A stretch of DNA of 64,000 bases, taken from the NCBI GenBank assembly GCA_963700285.1, contig CAVOXA010000001.1:96001-160000 (forward strand), in the 5' to 3' direction. The notes under the pieces are model-generated. The model was given only the letters and a program-made list of their open reading frames with translations. It did no database searches and was not told the DNA's origin. Shown here piece after piece: positions 19,766 through 28,267 of the stretch. Made by a program: the position numbers and the translations under genes. Each line of letters starts with the position of its first letter. Position 1 is the first letter of the stretch. The stretch is from an uncultured Chloroflexia bacterium (GTDB lineage Bacteria; Chloroflexota; Anaerolineae; JAAYZQ01).

Positions 19766-19870
19766 GCATCTCCGAGCCTCGCCGCCTAAGGGTCCGAGTA
19801 GGCCTATGGGGTGAGGCCGGTAGGGTCTAGCTGGAAACGGCTATGCCTCCCACGCTTGGAAAGGAGATGC
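19766..19870 (+). ncRNA. Moco (molybdenum cofactor) riboswitch
   Basis: P1 GCATCTCC/GGAGATGC, CTCCGAG, CCTAAG-P3(GGTC/GGCC)-TATGG, P4 with GAAA tetraloop, ATGCCTCCC...GGAAAGGAG; lies upstream of tup/mos genes. Confidence 0.9.
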
Positions 19871-19889
19871 GCCCAGGGTAGTCAGGGCG

Positions 19890-19915
19890 CGGCGTCTCCA
19901 TGAGACGCCGTTTTT
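19890..19915 (+). terminator. Riboswitch intrinsic terminator 1
   Basis: CGGCGTCTC-cat-GAGACGCCG-TTTTT. Confidence 0.85.
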
Positions 19916-19943
19916 GATCGCCCAGGTTGTTGGATGACCTACA

Positions 19944-19979
19944 GTGGCGTCTCTTTACCTCCGAGACGCCGCTTTTTTT
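19944..19979 (+). terminator. Riboswitch intrinsic terminator 2 (same stem core)
   Basis: GTGGCGTCTC-9 nt-GAGACGCCGC-TTTTTTT. Confidence 0.85.
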
Positions 19980-20019
19980 GTGCCGGTACGAGGAACCTGC
20001 CTGCAAAAGGAAGAACAGG

Positions 20020-21381
20020 ATGGATCAAAGACGATACTATTTTTCTACGCGTGATCTGTTGATGATGGCTGCTCTGGCCGCCTTGGGCGGGGTGACCAGC
20101 ACCTACGTCAACGCCATCGGGGATCTCTTTCAGTCCGTTACTGGATTTGCCGGAACCACCCAGTGGGCCGCCGGCTTGCACGTCCTGTGGTTGACCCTGG
20201 CCGTGGGGCTGACTCGCAAGCAGGGGGCCGGTACCATCACCGGGCTGCTCAAGGGAGGGGTTGAGCTCCTTACCGGCAACACGCACGGCTTGTTGGTTGT
20301 GCTGGTGGATGTCGTGGCCGGCTTGCTGGTGGATCTAGGTTTCCTCCCTTTCAAAAAGAAGGACTCCCTGGCGGCCTACTGCCTGGCCGGAGGACTGGCC
20401 TCGGCCTCCAATGTGTTCGTCTTTCAGCTCTTTGCCTCGGTGCCCGCCGACACGCTGGCCTACTGGGCGCTGCTCTTGGTGGCGGCGGTGGCTTTTCTGT
20501 CTGGGGTGCTGTTCGCCGGGGTCCTGGCCCGAGCGCTGGTCAGTACCTTGCGCCGGGCAGGCGTAGTCAAAGACAGTTCTCCGGTCCCAATGAGCCGCAA
20601 AGCCTATCCCATCTTTCTGGTGGCCGGCACCCTGCTGGCAGTGGCTCTGACCCTATTCTTGCGACAGGCGCTGCGTGGTCCGACGACGGTGTACGTCGGT
20701 GGCGCGGTGGAGGCTGCCTACGACTATCCCCTGGAGAACGACGATATCGCGGAGGTCACCACCGAGGGTACACTGCGGAGTGTCACGACCAACTACACAG
20801 GCATACCGGTCCGTGAGCTCGTCGCCCGGGCCTTGCCGCGGCCCGGCGCTGCGCTGCTTCTGCTCCAGGCCTCCGATGGCTATGCCTTTTTCGTCAGTAT
20901 GTTGGAGGTGGACGAGAACGGCAGCCTGCTGCTGGCTCCGCAGGGCGAGGGCGAAGACGCTTCCTATAACGTGGTTGGAGCGCGAAACAGCAAGGCCTGG
21001 GTGCGGGGTGTCAGCGAGCTGGTTGTGATCGGCACGGCGACCCTGGAAGTGAGCGGCGCATTGGAGCAACCTGTACCCTTTGATCCAGATGATTGGCAGT
21101 TCGAGATGGACAGCATCCTCCTCAAGATAAGCGACAGCCCGCAAAAGTACCAGGGGGTTCCTCTGGGCAAGGTGTTGGGGGCAATGGAGCCACGGCCTGA
21201 GGCAGAGACCGTGGTGCTGGGCACAGAGGATGGGCCGGCCTCGCTTCCTCTGGACAAGGTACTAGGCGACGATAACCTGCGTCTATTCACCGTAATTGAT
21301 GGGGATCTGGTTTCCTTTGCCGTCGCTACTATGGACGGCGAGGTGATTGCCGCGCCGATAGTGTCCATCGAGGTGCGGTAG
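20020..21381 (+). CDS. ECF transporter S component fused to two oxidored_molyb-like extracytoplasmic domains
   Basis: N-terminal FSTRDLLMMAALAALGG with several TMs; C-terminal YTGIPVRELV...ASDGYAFFV...WVRGVSEL and YQGVPLGKVL. Start set at ATG 20020, downstream of the terminators. Confidence 0.8.
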   Translation: MDQRRYYFSTRDLLMMAALAALGGVTSTYVNAIGDLFQSVTGFAGTTQWAAGLHVLWLTLAVGLTRKQGAGTITGLLKGGVELLTGNTHGLLVVLVDVVAGLLVDLGFLPFKKKDSLAAYCLAGGLASASNVFVFQLFASVPADTLAYWALLLVAAVAFLSGVLFAGVLARALVSTLRRAGVVKDSSPVPMSRKAYPIFLVAGTLLAVALTLFLRQALRGPTTVYVGGAVEAAYDYPLENDDIAEVTTEGTLRSVTTNYTGIPVRELVARALPRPGAALLLLQASDGYAFFVSMLEVDENGSLLLAPQGEGEDASYNVVGARNSKAWVRGVSELVVIGTATLEVSGALEQPVPFDPDDWQFEMDSILLKISDSPQKYQGVPLGKVLGAMEPRPEAETVVLGTEDGPASLPLDKVLGDDNLRLFTVIDGDLVSFAVATMDGEVIAAPIVSIEVR

Positions 21382-21397
21382 GCTGTCTGGAACTCTG

Positions 21398-22870
21398 GTG
21401 GCTGTGGCAAAGATGATCGCCATTGAGGGGTTAAGCTACCGTTTTGAGGGCGGTAGGCGCGACGCCCTGTGCGATGTGACACTCTCGATCGTGCCAGGGG
21501 AATTTGTGGTTGTTACCGGGCCGTCGGGATGTGGCAAGTCGACCCTGGCCCTGGCCATTGGCGGCTACCTCTTTCGCCAGTATGATGGCCAGGCCAGCGG
21601 TACGGTGACTGTGGCTGGCATGGATGTGCAGGAACGTCCCATCTACGATGTGGCCGAGATCGTCGGATTGGTACAGCAGAATCCCGAGGCCCAGTTCTGC
21701 ACGCTTACGGTGCGGGACGAGGTAGCCTTTGGCCTGGAGAACCGATGCCTGCCCCGCGCCGAGATCCAGGAGCGCATCGCCTGGGCGCTGAGCATCGTCG
21801 GTGCGGAGCATCTGATCGAACGTTCTCTAGCAACTCTCTCGGGTGGGGAGAAGCAAAAAGTTGCTATCGCGGCCATGATGGCGGCCAAACCTCAGATTCT
21901 GATCTTTGACGAGCCGACCTCTAATCTGGATCCCTCGGCGACGGCCGAGGTGTTCGAGGTTATTGCCCACATCCGGGCCAAGGCTGGCATTACCGTACTG
22001 GTCATCGAGCACAAGGTGGACTATTTGCTATCCTTCGAGCCGCGGCTGCTGGCGATGGACGCCGGGTGCGTCGTCTACGATGGACCTTACGAAGGCTATG
22101 CCCGCCCCCTGGTCGGGCGGCCCAAGCAAGCGCTCCCCGTGCCTGACACTGGAGGGGAGCCGATCGTGCGGTTGCAGGGTGCCTGCCTGGGCTACAAGGG
22201 CCGCTCTGTGCTGAGGGATGTCTCCCTCGGCATCTGGCCGGGAGAGTTTGTGGCCGTGATGGGTGACAATGGTTCGGGCAAGACTACGTTTGTGCAGAGC
22301 TTGATGGGCTTGCTCAAGCCGGTGGAAGGCCGGGTCGAGGTTCTGGGCCAGGATATCCACGAGTCCTCCGTGTCGACGCTGGCCCGGAAGGTGGGCTTTG
22401 TCTTTCAGAACCCGGACCACCAGCTTTTCGCGGACAGCGTCTGGCAGGAAGCGGTGTTTGCCCTGCGCAATTTTGATCTCCTGGATGCTGCGGCCAGGGT
22501 ACGGGTTACAGAACTCCTGTCTCGCAGTGGCCTGGGCGACCGGGGCCAAGACCATCCTTACCGTCTGAGCTACGGACAGAAGCGCCGCTTGAACCTGATC
22601 TCTGTGCTGGGCTACGCGCCGCGCCTGATCTTGCTCGACGAAGTACTCATCGGGCAGGATCCGGACAACGCGGCTTTTCTGCTCGACCTGGTAAGAGAGC
22701 AGGTCGAGCAAGGCAGCGCGGCGGTCATGGTCAATCATGCGCCCAAGACGACCCGGCAGTATGCCAGCCGCGTGCTCTTTTTCGACGGCGGCAACGTTGT
22801 CGTGGATGCGGCTCCAGAGCAAGCTTTCGAGCAACTGAAATCGCTGGGAAAAGAAGCCTATGTCACCTGA
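21398..22870 (+). CDS. ECF transporter duplicated ATPase (A-A')
   Basis: Two Walker A motifs (GPSGCGKS, GDNGSGKT), QNP Q-loops, LSGGE and LSYGQ. Confidence 0.92.
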   Translation: MAVAKMIAIEGLSYRFEGGRRDALCDVTLSIVPGEFVVVTGPSGCGKSTLALAIGGYLFRQYDGQASGTVTVAGMDVQERPIYDVAEIVGLVQQNPEAQFCTLTVRDEVAFGLENRCLPRAEIQERIAWALSIVGAEHLIERSLATLSGGEKQKVAIAAMMAAKPQILIFDEPTSNLDPSATAEVFEVIAHIRAKAGITVLVIEHKVDYLLSFEPRLLAMDAGCVVYDGPYEGYARPLVGRPKQALPVPDTGGEPIVRLQGACLGYKGRSVLRDVSLGIWPGEFVAVMGDNGSGKTTFVQSLMGLLKPVEGRVEVLGQDIHESSVSTLARKVGFVFQNPDHQLFADSVWQEAVFALRNFDLLDAAARVRVTELLSRSGLGDRGQDHPYRLSYGQKRRLNLISVLGYAPRLILLDEVLIGQDPDNAAFLLDLVREQVEQGSAAVMVNHAPKTTRQYASRVLFFDGGNVVVDAAPEQAFEQLKSLGKEAYVT

Positions 22871-23651
22871 CTCCCAGTTTGCCTACTCCCGAATCACCTT
22901 TCAGCCCGGCGACTCTTTTCTCCACCACCTGCACCCACTGGTCAAGGCGGCTTGGTTGCTCTTTGGCACCATCTTTGTCTTTGTCGTACGCAGCCCCTGG
23001 CCGGTGATGGTGATGGTAGCCCTGCTGCTGGTAGCCTTTCCCCTGATCGGTGTGCGCTTGGGGCGGTTGCGCGGGGCGCGGCTGTTCATCACGACCGCGC
23101 TGTTCTTGGGAATCCTTCAGGTCATTTTCCGGCAGGAGGGGGCCATCCTGTTCCAACTTGGTCCGCTGACCGTGACGGCGGGCGGCGTGGAGGCTGGGCT
23201 GTACGTGGCCGGGCGCTTTCTGAGCGTCATCCTGCTCAGCTACCTGTTCGTGCTGACCACTGAGCCCAACGACCTGGCCTTCGCCCTGATGCGCGCCGGG
23301 CTGCCCTACCGCTATGGCTTTACTCTGATTACCGCCCTGCGTCTGGTACCAACCTTCGAGCAGGAGGGTCAGATCGTCTACAACGCCCAACTGGCGCGCG
23401 GCGTCCGGTACGACGTGAGAAGCCCGCGCCGTTTTCTGACGCTGGCCCGCCAGTTCTTTCTACCGCTACTGGTCTCGGCGCTGGGCAAGGTGGACAGCCT
23501 GTCGGTGTCGATGGAGGGCCGCTGCTTTGGAAAGTATCGAACGCGGACCTTTCTGCGGGAAGTTCGGGCAACGTGGCGGGATGTGGTGGCACTTAGCCTG
23601 CTGGTGCTGGCGATTGGGTTGCTGGTGGGCTGGCGGCTGGTGAGTTGGTAG
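22860..23651 (+). CDS. ECF transporter transmembrane component T (EcfT/CbiQ)
   Basis: SFLHHLHPLVK, ALRLVP, AQLARG, SMEGRCF. Confidence 0.9.
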   Translation: MSPDSQFAYSRITFQPGDSFLHHLHPLVKAAWLLFGTIFVFVVRSPWPVMVMVALLLVAFPLIGVRLGRLRGARLFITTALFLGILQVIFRQEGAILFQLGPLTVTAGGVEAGLYVAGRFLSVILLSYLFVLTTEPNDLAFALMRAGLPYRYGFTLITALRLVPTFEQEGQIVYNAQLARGVRYDVRSPRRFLTLARQFFLPLLVSALGKVDSLSVSMEGRCFGKYRTRTFLREVRATWRDVVALSLLVLAIGLLVGWRLVSW

Positions 23652-23690
23652 ATTGAGGACGTGGATACCCGGTACACGGGAGGGGAAGGC

Positions 23691-24614
23691 ATGTCAAAAC
23701 TGTGGTTGGTTCTACTGCTTGTCGGGGCATTGATCCTGGGTGGGATTGCCGTGGCGTTTGCGATGAATGCAAAAGCGATGGCGCCCGCACAGTCAGCGCT
23801 TCACTATCCATGGTCCCTGCTCGCCAAAGAGGCACAGACTATGAATGAGTGTGCCGAGTGCCACGAGACGGAGCATTTCCATACCTGCGCCTCGTGCCAC
23901 GACGACCACGGCTCGGCCGAGATGGCCAATGTGCCCTTTAACGCCCTGGTTCATCTGGCGGGTGATGTGCCTGAAGGCGGCTTTATCCCCGTTAATGAAA
24001 TCGTGCCCTACCGTGAGCAGCCCGGCACCCACGTGGCCCTCCTCGACTTTCTGTCCGCTAAGGGTGTGGACGACTTTGAAAGCGTCACCCTGGCCTCGCG
24101 CGATGGAGGGTTTGTGACGATCGACCGCGCCAATCTGACCGGAGAGGCGTTGTTGATGCCCCATGTGGATGGCATCCGCTTCGCTGCCGAGAACCTGCAC
24201 GTGTCCACGTGGCTCAAGGGCATCTCGCGTATTATCGTCGTGGGCGTGGATCGACCGCTGACGGTCGATGGCTACCACACATCGTTTGGGCGGTTGCTGA
24301 TGGGGCCGACCCGCTCGCTGACCATCGACCAGACCGACGTGATGCTCAAAAGCGAGGTCGATGGCGAGATTCGCAAAGCCAAGACAGCAGGCCGCATCGA
24401 GGGCGTACCTGTGGAAAAGATCGTCGAGGGGCCAGACTTTGGGCAACTGACCGTGTACGCTGCGGGTGGCCAAGAGCACGTCCTCTCGGCCAAAGACGCC
24501 AGAGGTGCGCTCCTGGCCCAACTGCGGGGCCGCCCCGAGGTCGTACTGGTGCTGCCGGAACTGGGCCGGGCAGAGTGGGTAACGGGCGTGGTAGAGATTT
24601 CGTCGGAGGAGTAG
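23691..24614 (+). CDS. Exported protein with two CxxCH motifs and oxidored_molyb-like domains
   Basis: Signal/anchor helix; CAECH and CASCH; VTLASRDGGFV...WLKGISRIIV; IEGVPVEKIV...WVTGVVEI. Confidence 0.7.
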   Translation: MSKLWLVLLLVGALILGGIAVAFAMNAKAMAPAQSALHYPWSLLAKEAQTMNECAECHETEHFHTCASCHDDHGSAEMANVPFNALVHLAGDVPEGGFIPVNEIVPYREQPGTHVALLDFLSAKGVDDFESVTLASRDGGFVTIDRANLTGEALLMPHVDGIRFAAENLHVSTWLKGISRIIVVGVDRPLTVDGYHTSFGRLLMGPTRSLTIDQTDVMLKSEVDGEIRKAKTAGRIEGVPVEKIVEGPDFGQLTVYAAGGQEHVLSAKDARGALLAQLRGRPEVVLVLPELGRAEWVTGVVEISSEE

Positions 24615-24617
24615 TCA

Positions 24618-25808
24618 ATGTCCCGTCATCTCAGTACACGGGCTGGTTCACAGTCCAGTAGTAGCGGCGGCGGACAGTGGTCCGCCGCGAGCATTCGAAT
24701 CGTATCCTTGGTTCTACTCGTTGTGTTATCGGGCTGTGGTTCTACCTGGAAAGCGACAGTGGTGGCGCCGGACGGTAGCGACTATTTTGTGGACAGCAAG
24801 GTCCTCGACGGCCTGGCCGACTTTGCCGAGGAAGACAAGGGCATGCCCCTGGAGCGCGTGCTGTACAGTGCGGGGCATCGCGCCATCGAGCACCTCGTGG
24901 TCGTGGATGCCGATGGAGTGCGCCGTGCGTTCGACTGGGCCGATGCAGCAGAAGAGGCATGGTGGCGACAGGATGGACAGATCGTCCTCAACGGTGAGGT
25001 ACTCCCGGCGGCGCGGATGGAGGTCGAGCCGCCAGCGCTGCTAGACCGGGTCAGTGCGGAAATCACCGACATCGCGCCGACGGCGGCTGCCGCCCTGGGC
25101 ATCCCAGCTCCGGTGCAGGCCAGTGGTCAGGCGCTGGATGAAGCTACGGCTGACCAGGTGCTGCTCCTGTTCCTGGATGGTTTTGGTTACTCGCGCTATC
25201 GCGAGGCCCTGGATGGTGGACTTGTCCCCAACCTGGCCGCCCTTGGCGAGCCGCAGGTGGCCCTGACCGTCTATCCGCCTTGTACCAGCGTCGGCTCGGC
25301 GGCCTTGCTCACTGGGGCACAGCCGGAAGCGAATGGGGTGGACCGGCGGGGCATTCGCAAGACAGAAACGGAGACTCTGTTCGATGTCGCCGAGGCAGCA
25401 GGGCTGGACGTCGTTGCCGTTGAGGGCGATGCGCTGGCCTTCAACCTGCGCAATTCAGACATGCAGCTTTCGGGAGACCGGGACGGGGATGGCAGCACCG
25501 ACGACAACGTGCTGGCCAATGCGCTGACAGTGCTGGACGAGGGAATGCCCGATCTGTTCTACGTACATTTTCACGGCATCGACGATGCCGGGCACACCTA
25601 CGGCCCAGGCACGCCAGCGGAAGAGGCTGTCATCCGCGAGGTAGACGCAGCCGTGGGCCAGCTACTGGGGAGGCTACCCTCGGATACGCTTATCATCGTT
25701 TTTGCTGACCACGGCATGCACCATGTGATAGAAGAAGGGAGGCTGGGAAATCACGGGCACCTGATCGAGCGGGACATGTTCATACCCATCTGGACAGTGG
25801 GGAAGTGA
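24618..25808 (+). CDS. Lipoprotein of the alkaline phosphatase / nucleotide pyrophosphatase superfamily
   Basis: Lipobox LSGC; FLDGFG, PPCTSVG (Thr nucleophile), HGIDDAGH, ADHG, GNHG. Confidence 0.82.
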   Translation: MSRHLSTRAGSQSSSSGGGQWSAASIRIVSLVLLVVLSGCGSTWKATVVAPDGSDYFVDSKVLDGLADFAEEDKGMPLERVLYSAGHRAIEHLVVVDADGVRRAFDWADAAEEAWWRQDGQIVLNGEVLPAARMEVEPPALLDRVSAEITDIAPTAAAALGIPAPVQASGQALDEATADQVLLLFLDGFGYSRYREALDGGLVPNLAALGEPQVALTVYPPCTSVGSAALLTGAQPEANGVDRRGIRKTETETLFDVAEAAGLDVVAVEGDALAFNLRNSDMQLSGDRDGDGSTDDNVLANALTVLDEGMPDLFYVHFHGIDDAGHTYGPGTPAEEAVIREVDAAVGQLLGRLPSDTLIIVFADHGMHHVIEEGRLGNHGHLIERDMFIPIWTVGK

Positions 25809-25894
25809 GGAAAAGGATATACTTGCGACAAGTAAACAGGCGAATATCAAGTGCGCAGCCAAGGAATGAAAGGATCATAAAGGGAGGCAAACAA

Positions 25895-26776
25895 ATGGAG
25901 AAAGTAAGAAGGTACTCTGTGTTGGGTGTGGTTGTGCTGGTAGGGGTTCTGCTGGCCGCGGGCCTGGCGGGCTGTGGGGGTGGCAGTGCGCCTGACGTGG
26001 ACTGGGAACTGGCGGTCAGCGGGGACGTTGCGACGCCTCTGACGCTAACCTACGCCAAGCTGGCCGAGATGCCCCAGACGGACCTGGAAAACATCCTGAT
26101 GGAAAAGTCGGTGGGCGAGGATACGACAGGTTCCTGGAGTGGCGTGGATCTGGCAAAGCTCCTTGAGGATGCGGGGGCAAGCGCCGAGTATGCCAGCATC
26201 ACCGCGATAGCCGCCGATGGCTATGCCGTCGAGATCTCTAACGAGGAAACGCAGGACGGTATCGTGGCCCTGAAGGAGAACGGGGAGTGGATCGCGGAGG
26301 CGGATCCGGACCACGGCCCCATCCGCCTGGTCTTTTCCCATACACCGGCCAACCGCTGGGTGTTCCAGATCCAGGAGATTCAGGTGAATGACATGGCCCA
26401 GGGGGGCGGGGGCATTCCCGAGGACGCAGCGCTCAAGATTACGGGCAGCGTCGAAACCGAGGTGGGATGGGCTGAGGACAAGCTGCGCAGCTTTGATACC
26501 ATCGAGGTTGAATCGACCAACAAGGATGGCGAGACCAAGACCTATACCGGCGTAGCTATCAACGACCTGTTGGGCAAAGCAGGGCCAACGAGCGAGGCGA
26601 CAACCCTAGTTCTGATCGCTGACGATGGCTATTCGGCGGAAGTGGCTCTGGTCGAGGTGCAAGCCTGTGAGGATTGTATCGTCTCCTTCCGCAACCAGGG
26701 CGGCTTTAGCACAGTCCTGCCAGGGTTCCCGGGCAATGCTCAGGTCAAGGGCGTAGTCGAGATCCAGGTCAAGTAG
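25895..26776 (+). CDS. Lipoprotein with two oxidored_molyb-like domains lacking the Mo-ligating Cys
   Basis: Lipobox LAGC; WELAVSGDV..PLTLTY...WSGVDL...AADGY...HGPIRLV...WVFQIQEI; second domain with CEDC. ATG 25895 after GGAGG. Confidence 0.8.
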   Translation: MEKVRRYSVLGVVVLVGVLLAAGLAGCGGGSAPDVDWELAVSGDVATPLTLTYAKLAEMPQTDLENILMEKSVGEDTTGSWSGVDLAKLLEDAGASAEYASITAIAADGYAVEISNEETQDGIVALKENGEWIAEADPDHGPIRLVFSHTPANRWVFQIQEIQVNDMAQGGGGIPEDAALKITGSVETEVGWAEDKLRSFDTIEVESTNKDGETKTYTGVAINDLLGKAGPTSEATTLVLIADDGYSAEVALVEVQACEDCIVSFRNQGGFSTVLPGFPGNAQVKGVVEIQVK

Positions 26777-26786
26777 GAGAGATGTC

Positions 26787-27500
26787 ATCGACGAGATCTT
26801 GAGCGGCCTGCTCGAGGCCATCCGCCTGATTGTCACCCTGGACGAAGCCCTATTCGAGATCATAGGCCTATCGCTGCGCGTGTCGGGCACCGCGCTGCTG
26901 TTCAGCACTGTGATCGGCATCCCACTGGGCGCGGTTATGGGCATGAGCCGCTTTGCCGGGCGCAAAATGGTCATTGCCCTGCTCTACACTGGCATGGGCT
27001 TTCCGCCGGTGGTCGTCGGCCTGTTCGTCTACCTGATGCTGTCGCGCAGCGGCCCGCTGGGGCAACTCAACTCACCACTGATCCCGGCCCTGTTCACGCC
27101 GGCGGCTATGGTCGTGGCCCAGACGATCATCTCTTTTCCGCTGGTGGCCGGGTTCACCATGGCTGCCGTCATGGGCGTGGATCCGGCCTTGCGCCAGCAG
27201 GTCCAATCGCTGGGTGCCACCCGCTGGCAGACGACGGTGGCGATCCTGACCGAGGCGCGGATAGGCGTGATTGTATCGGTCATTGCCGGTTTTGGCAGCA
27301 TCATCTCCGAGGTGGGCGCAGTGATGATGGTCGGCGGCAACATCGAGGACCGCACGCGGGTGCTGACTACGGCCATCGTCCTGGAGACCCGCAAGGGCAA
27401 CTTTGACCTGGCCATCGCCATCGGTGTGGTCCTGCTGGGCATCGCGTTCCTGACCAACGTGGGCATGCTGCGCCTGCAAGGGAGGACGTTCGACGAATGA
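26787..27500 (+). CDS. tupB: Tungstate ABC transporter permease
   Basis: MGFPPVVVGL, GFGSIISEVGAVMMVGGNI..RTRVLTTAI. Start uncertain (ATC 26787 or TTG 26799). Confidence 0.9.
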   Translation: MDEILSGLLEAIRLIVTLDEALFEIIGLSLRVSGTALLFSTVIGIPLGAVMGMSRFAGRKMVIALLYTGMGFPPVVVGLFVYLMLSRSGPLGQLNSPLIPALFTPAAMVVAQTIISFPLVAGFTMAAVMGVDPALRQQVQSLGATRWQTTVAILTEARIGVIVSVIAGFGSIISEVGAVMMVGGNIEDRTRVLTTAIVLETRKGNFDLAIAIGVVLLGIAFLTNVGMLRLQGRTFDE

Positions 27501-28228
27501 GCGACACGGTCTATCGTGTGCAGAACGTCAGCAAAGAGTACAACGGCCGGCGCGTACTGCAGGTACAGGAGCTGGAGATCGAGCGTGGTGAGATCCTTGC
27601 CCTGGTCGGTCCCAGCGGCGCGGGCAAGAGTACGCTGCTGCGGCTGCTCAACTTTCTGGAGCCGCCCACCAGCGGAAGCATTCGCTTCCTGGACGCCGAG
27701 TTCAGCGCCAACCAGCCGATGCCTCTGAAACACCGACGTCGGGTGACAACGGTCTTTCAGCGGCCCCTGCTGCTCAACCGCAGCGTGCAGGCCAACGTTG
27801 GCTACGGTCTGAGCTTGCGTGGTCGCCGCAAATCAAGCGACGAGATCGAGAGAGCACTGGAGCAGGTTGGCCTGCTGCATCTGACGCACCAGCGGGCGCG
27901 GACCCTGTCGGGCGGCGAGGCACAGCGGGTGGCCCTGGCGCGTGCCATCGTCCTCCAACCAGATGTGTTGCTGCTGGACGAGCCGACGGCCAACCTGGAT
28001 CCCTACAACGTGGGCCTGATCGAAGAGATCGTGACCAACCTGAATCGAGAACGAGGTACCACGCTGGTGCTGGTGACCCACAACGTCTTTCAGGCCAAGC
28101 GGCTGGCCCACCGGGTAGCCTTGATGCTGGACAGCCAGATCGTGGAAGTGGCCGGAGCCAGGACCTTTTTCGAATCACCGCAGGACTCGCGCACGGCAGC
28201 ATTTGTGCGCGGCGAGATGGTCTATTGA
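27497..28228 (+). CDS. tupC: Tungstate ABC transporter ATPase
   Basis: GPSGAGKS, LSGGEAQR, DEPTANLD; position between tupB and tupA. Confidence 0.85.
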   Translation: MSDTVYRVQNVSKEYNGRRVLQVQELEIERGEILALVGPSGAGKSTLLRLLNFLEPPTSGSIRFLDAEFSANQPMPLKHRRRVTTVFQRPLLLNRSVQANVGYGLSLRGRRKSSDEIERALEQVGLLHLTHQRARTLSGGEAQRVALARAIVLQPDVLLLDEPTANLDPYNVGLIEEIVTNLNRERGTTLVLVTHNVFQAKRLAHRVALMLDSQIVEVAGARTFFESPQDSRTAAFVRGEMVY

Positions 28229-28267
28229 GGCAAGAAATCCCATATCGCAAGAAACAAGGAGGAAACG

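Noticed and set aside
19927-20019. N-terminal extension of the S-component ORF
   Set aside because: It overlaps terminator 2 of the riboswitch; ATG 20020 is the plausible start.
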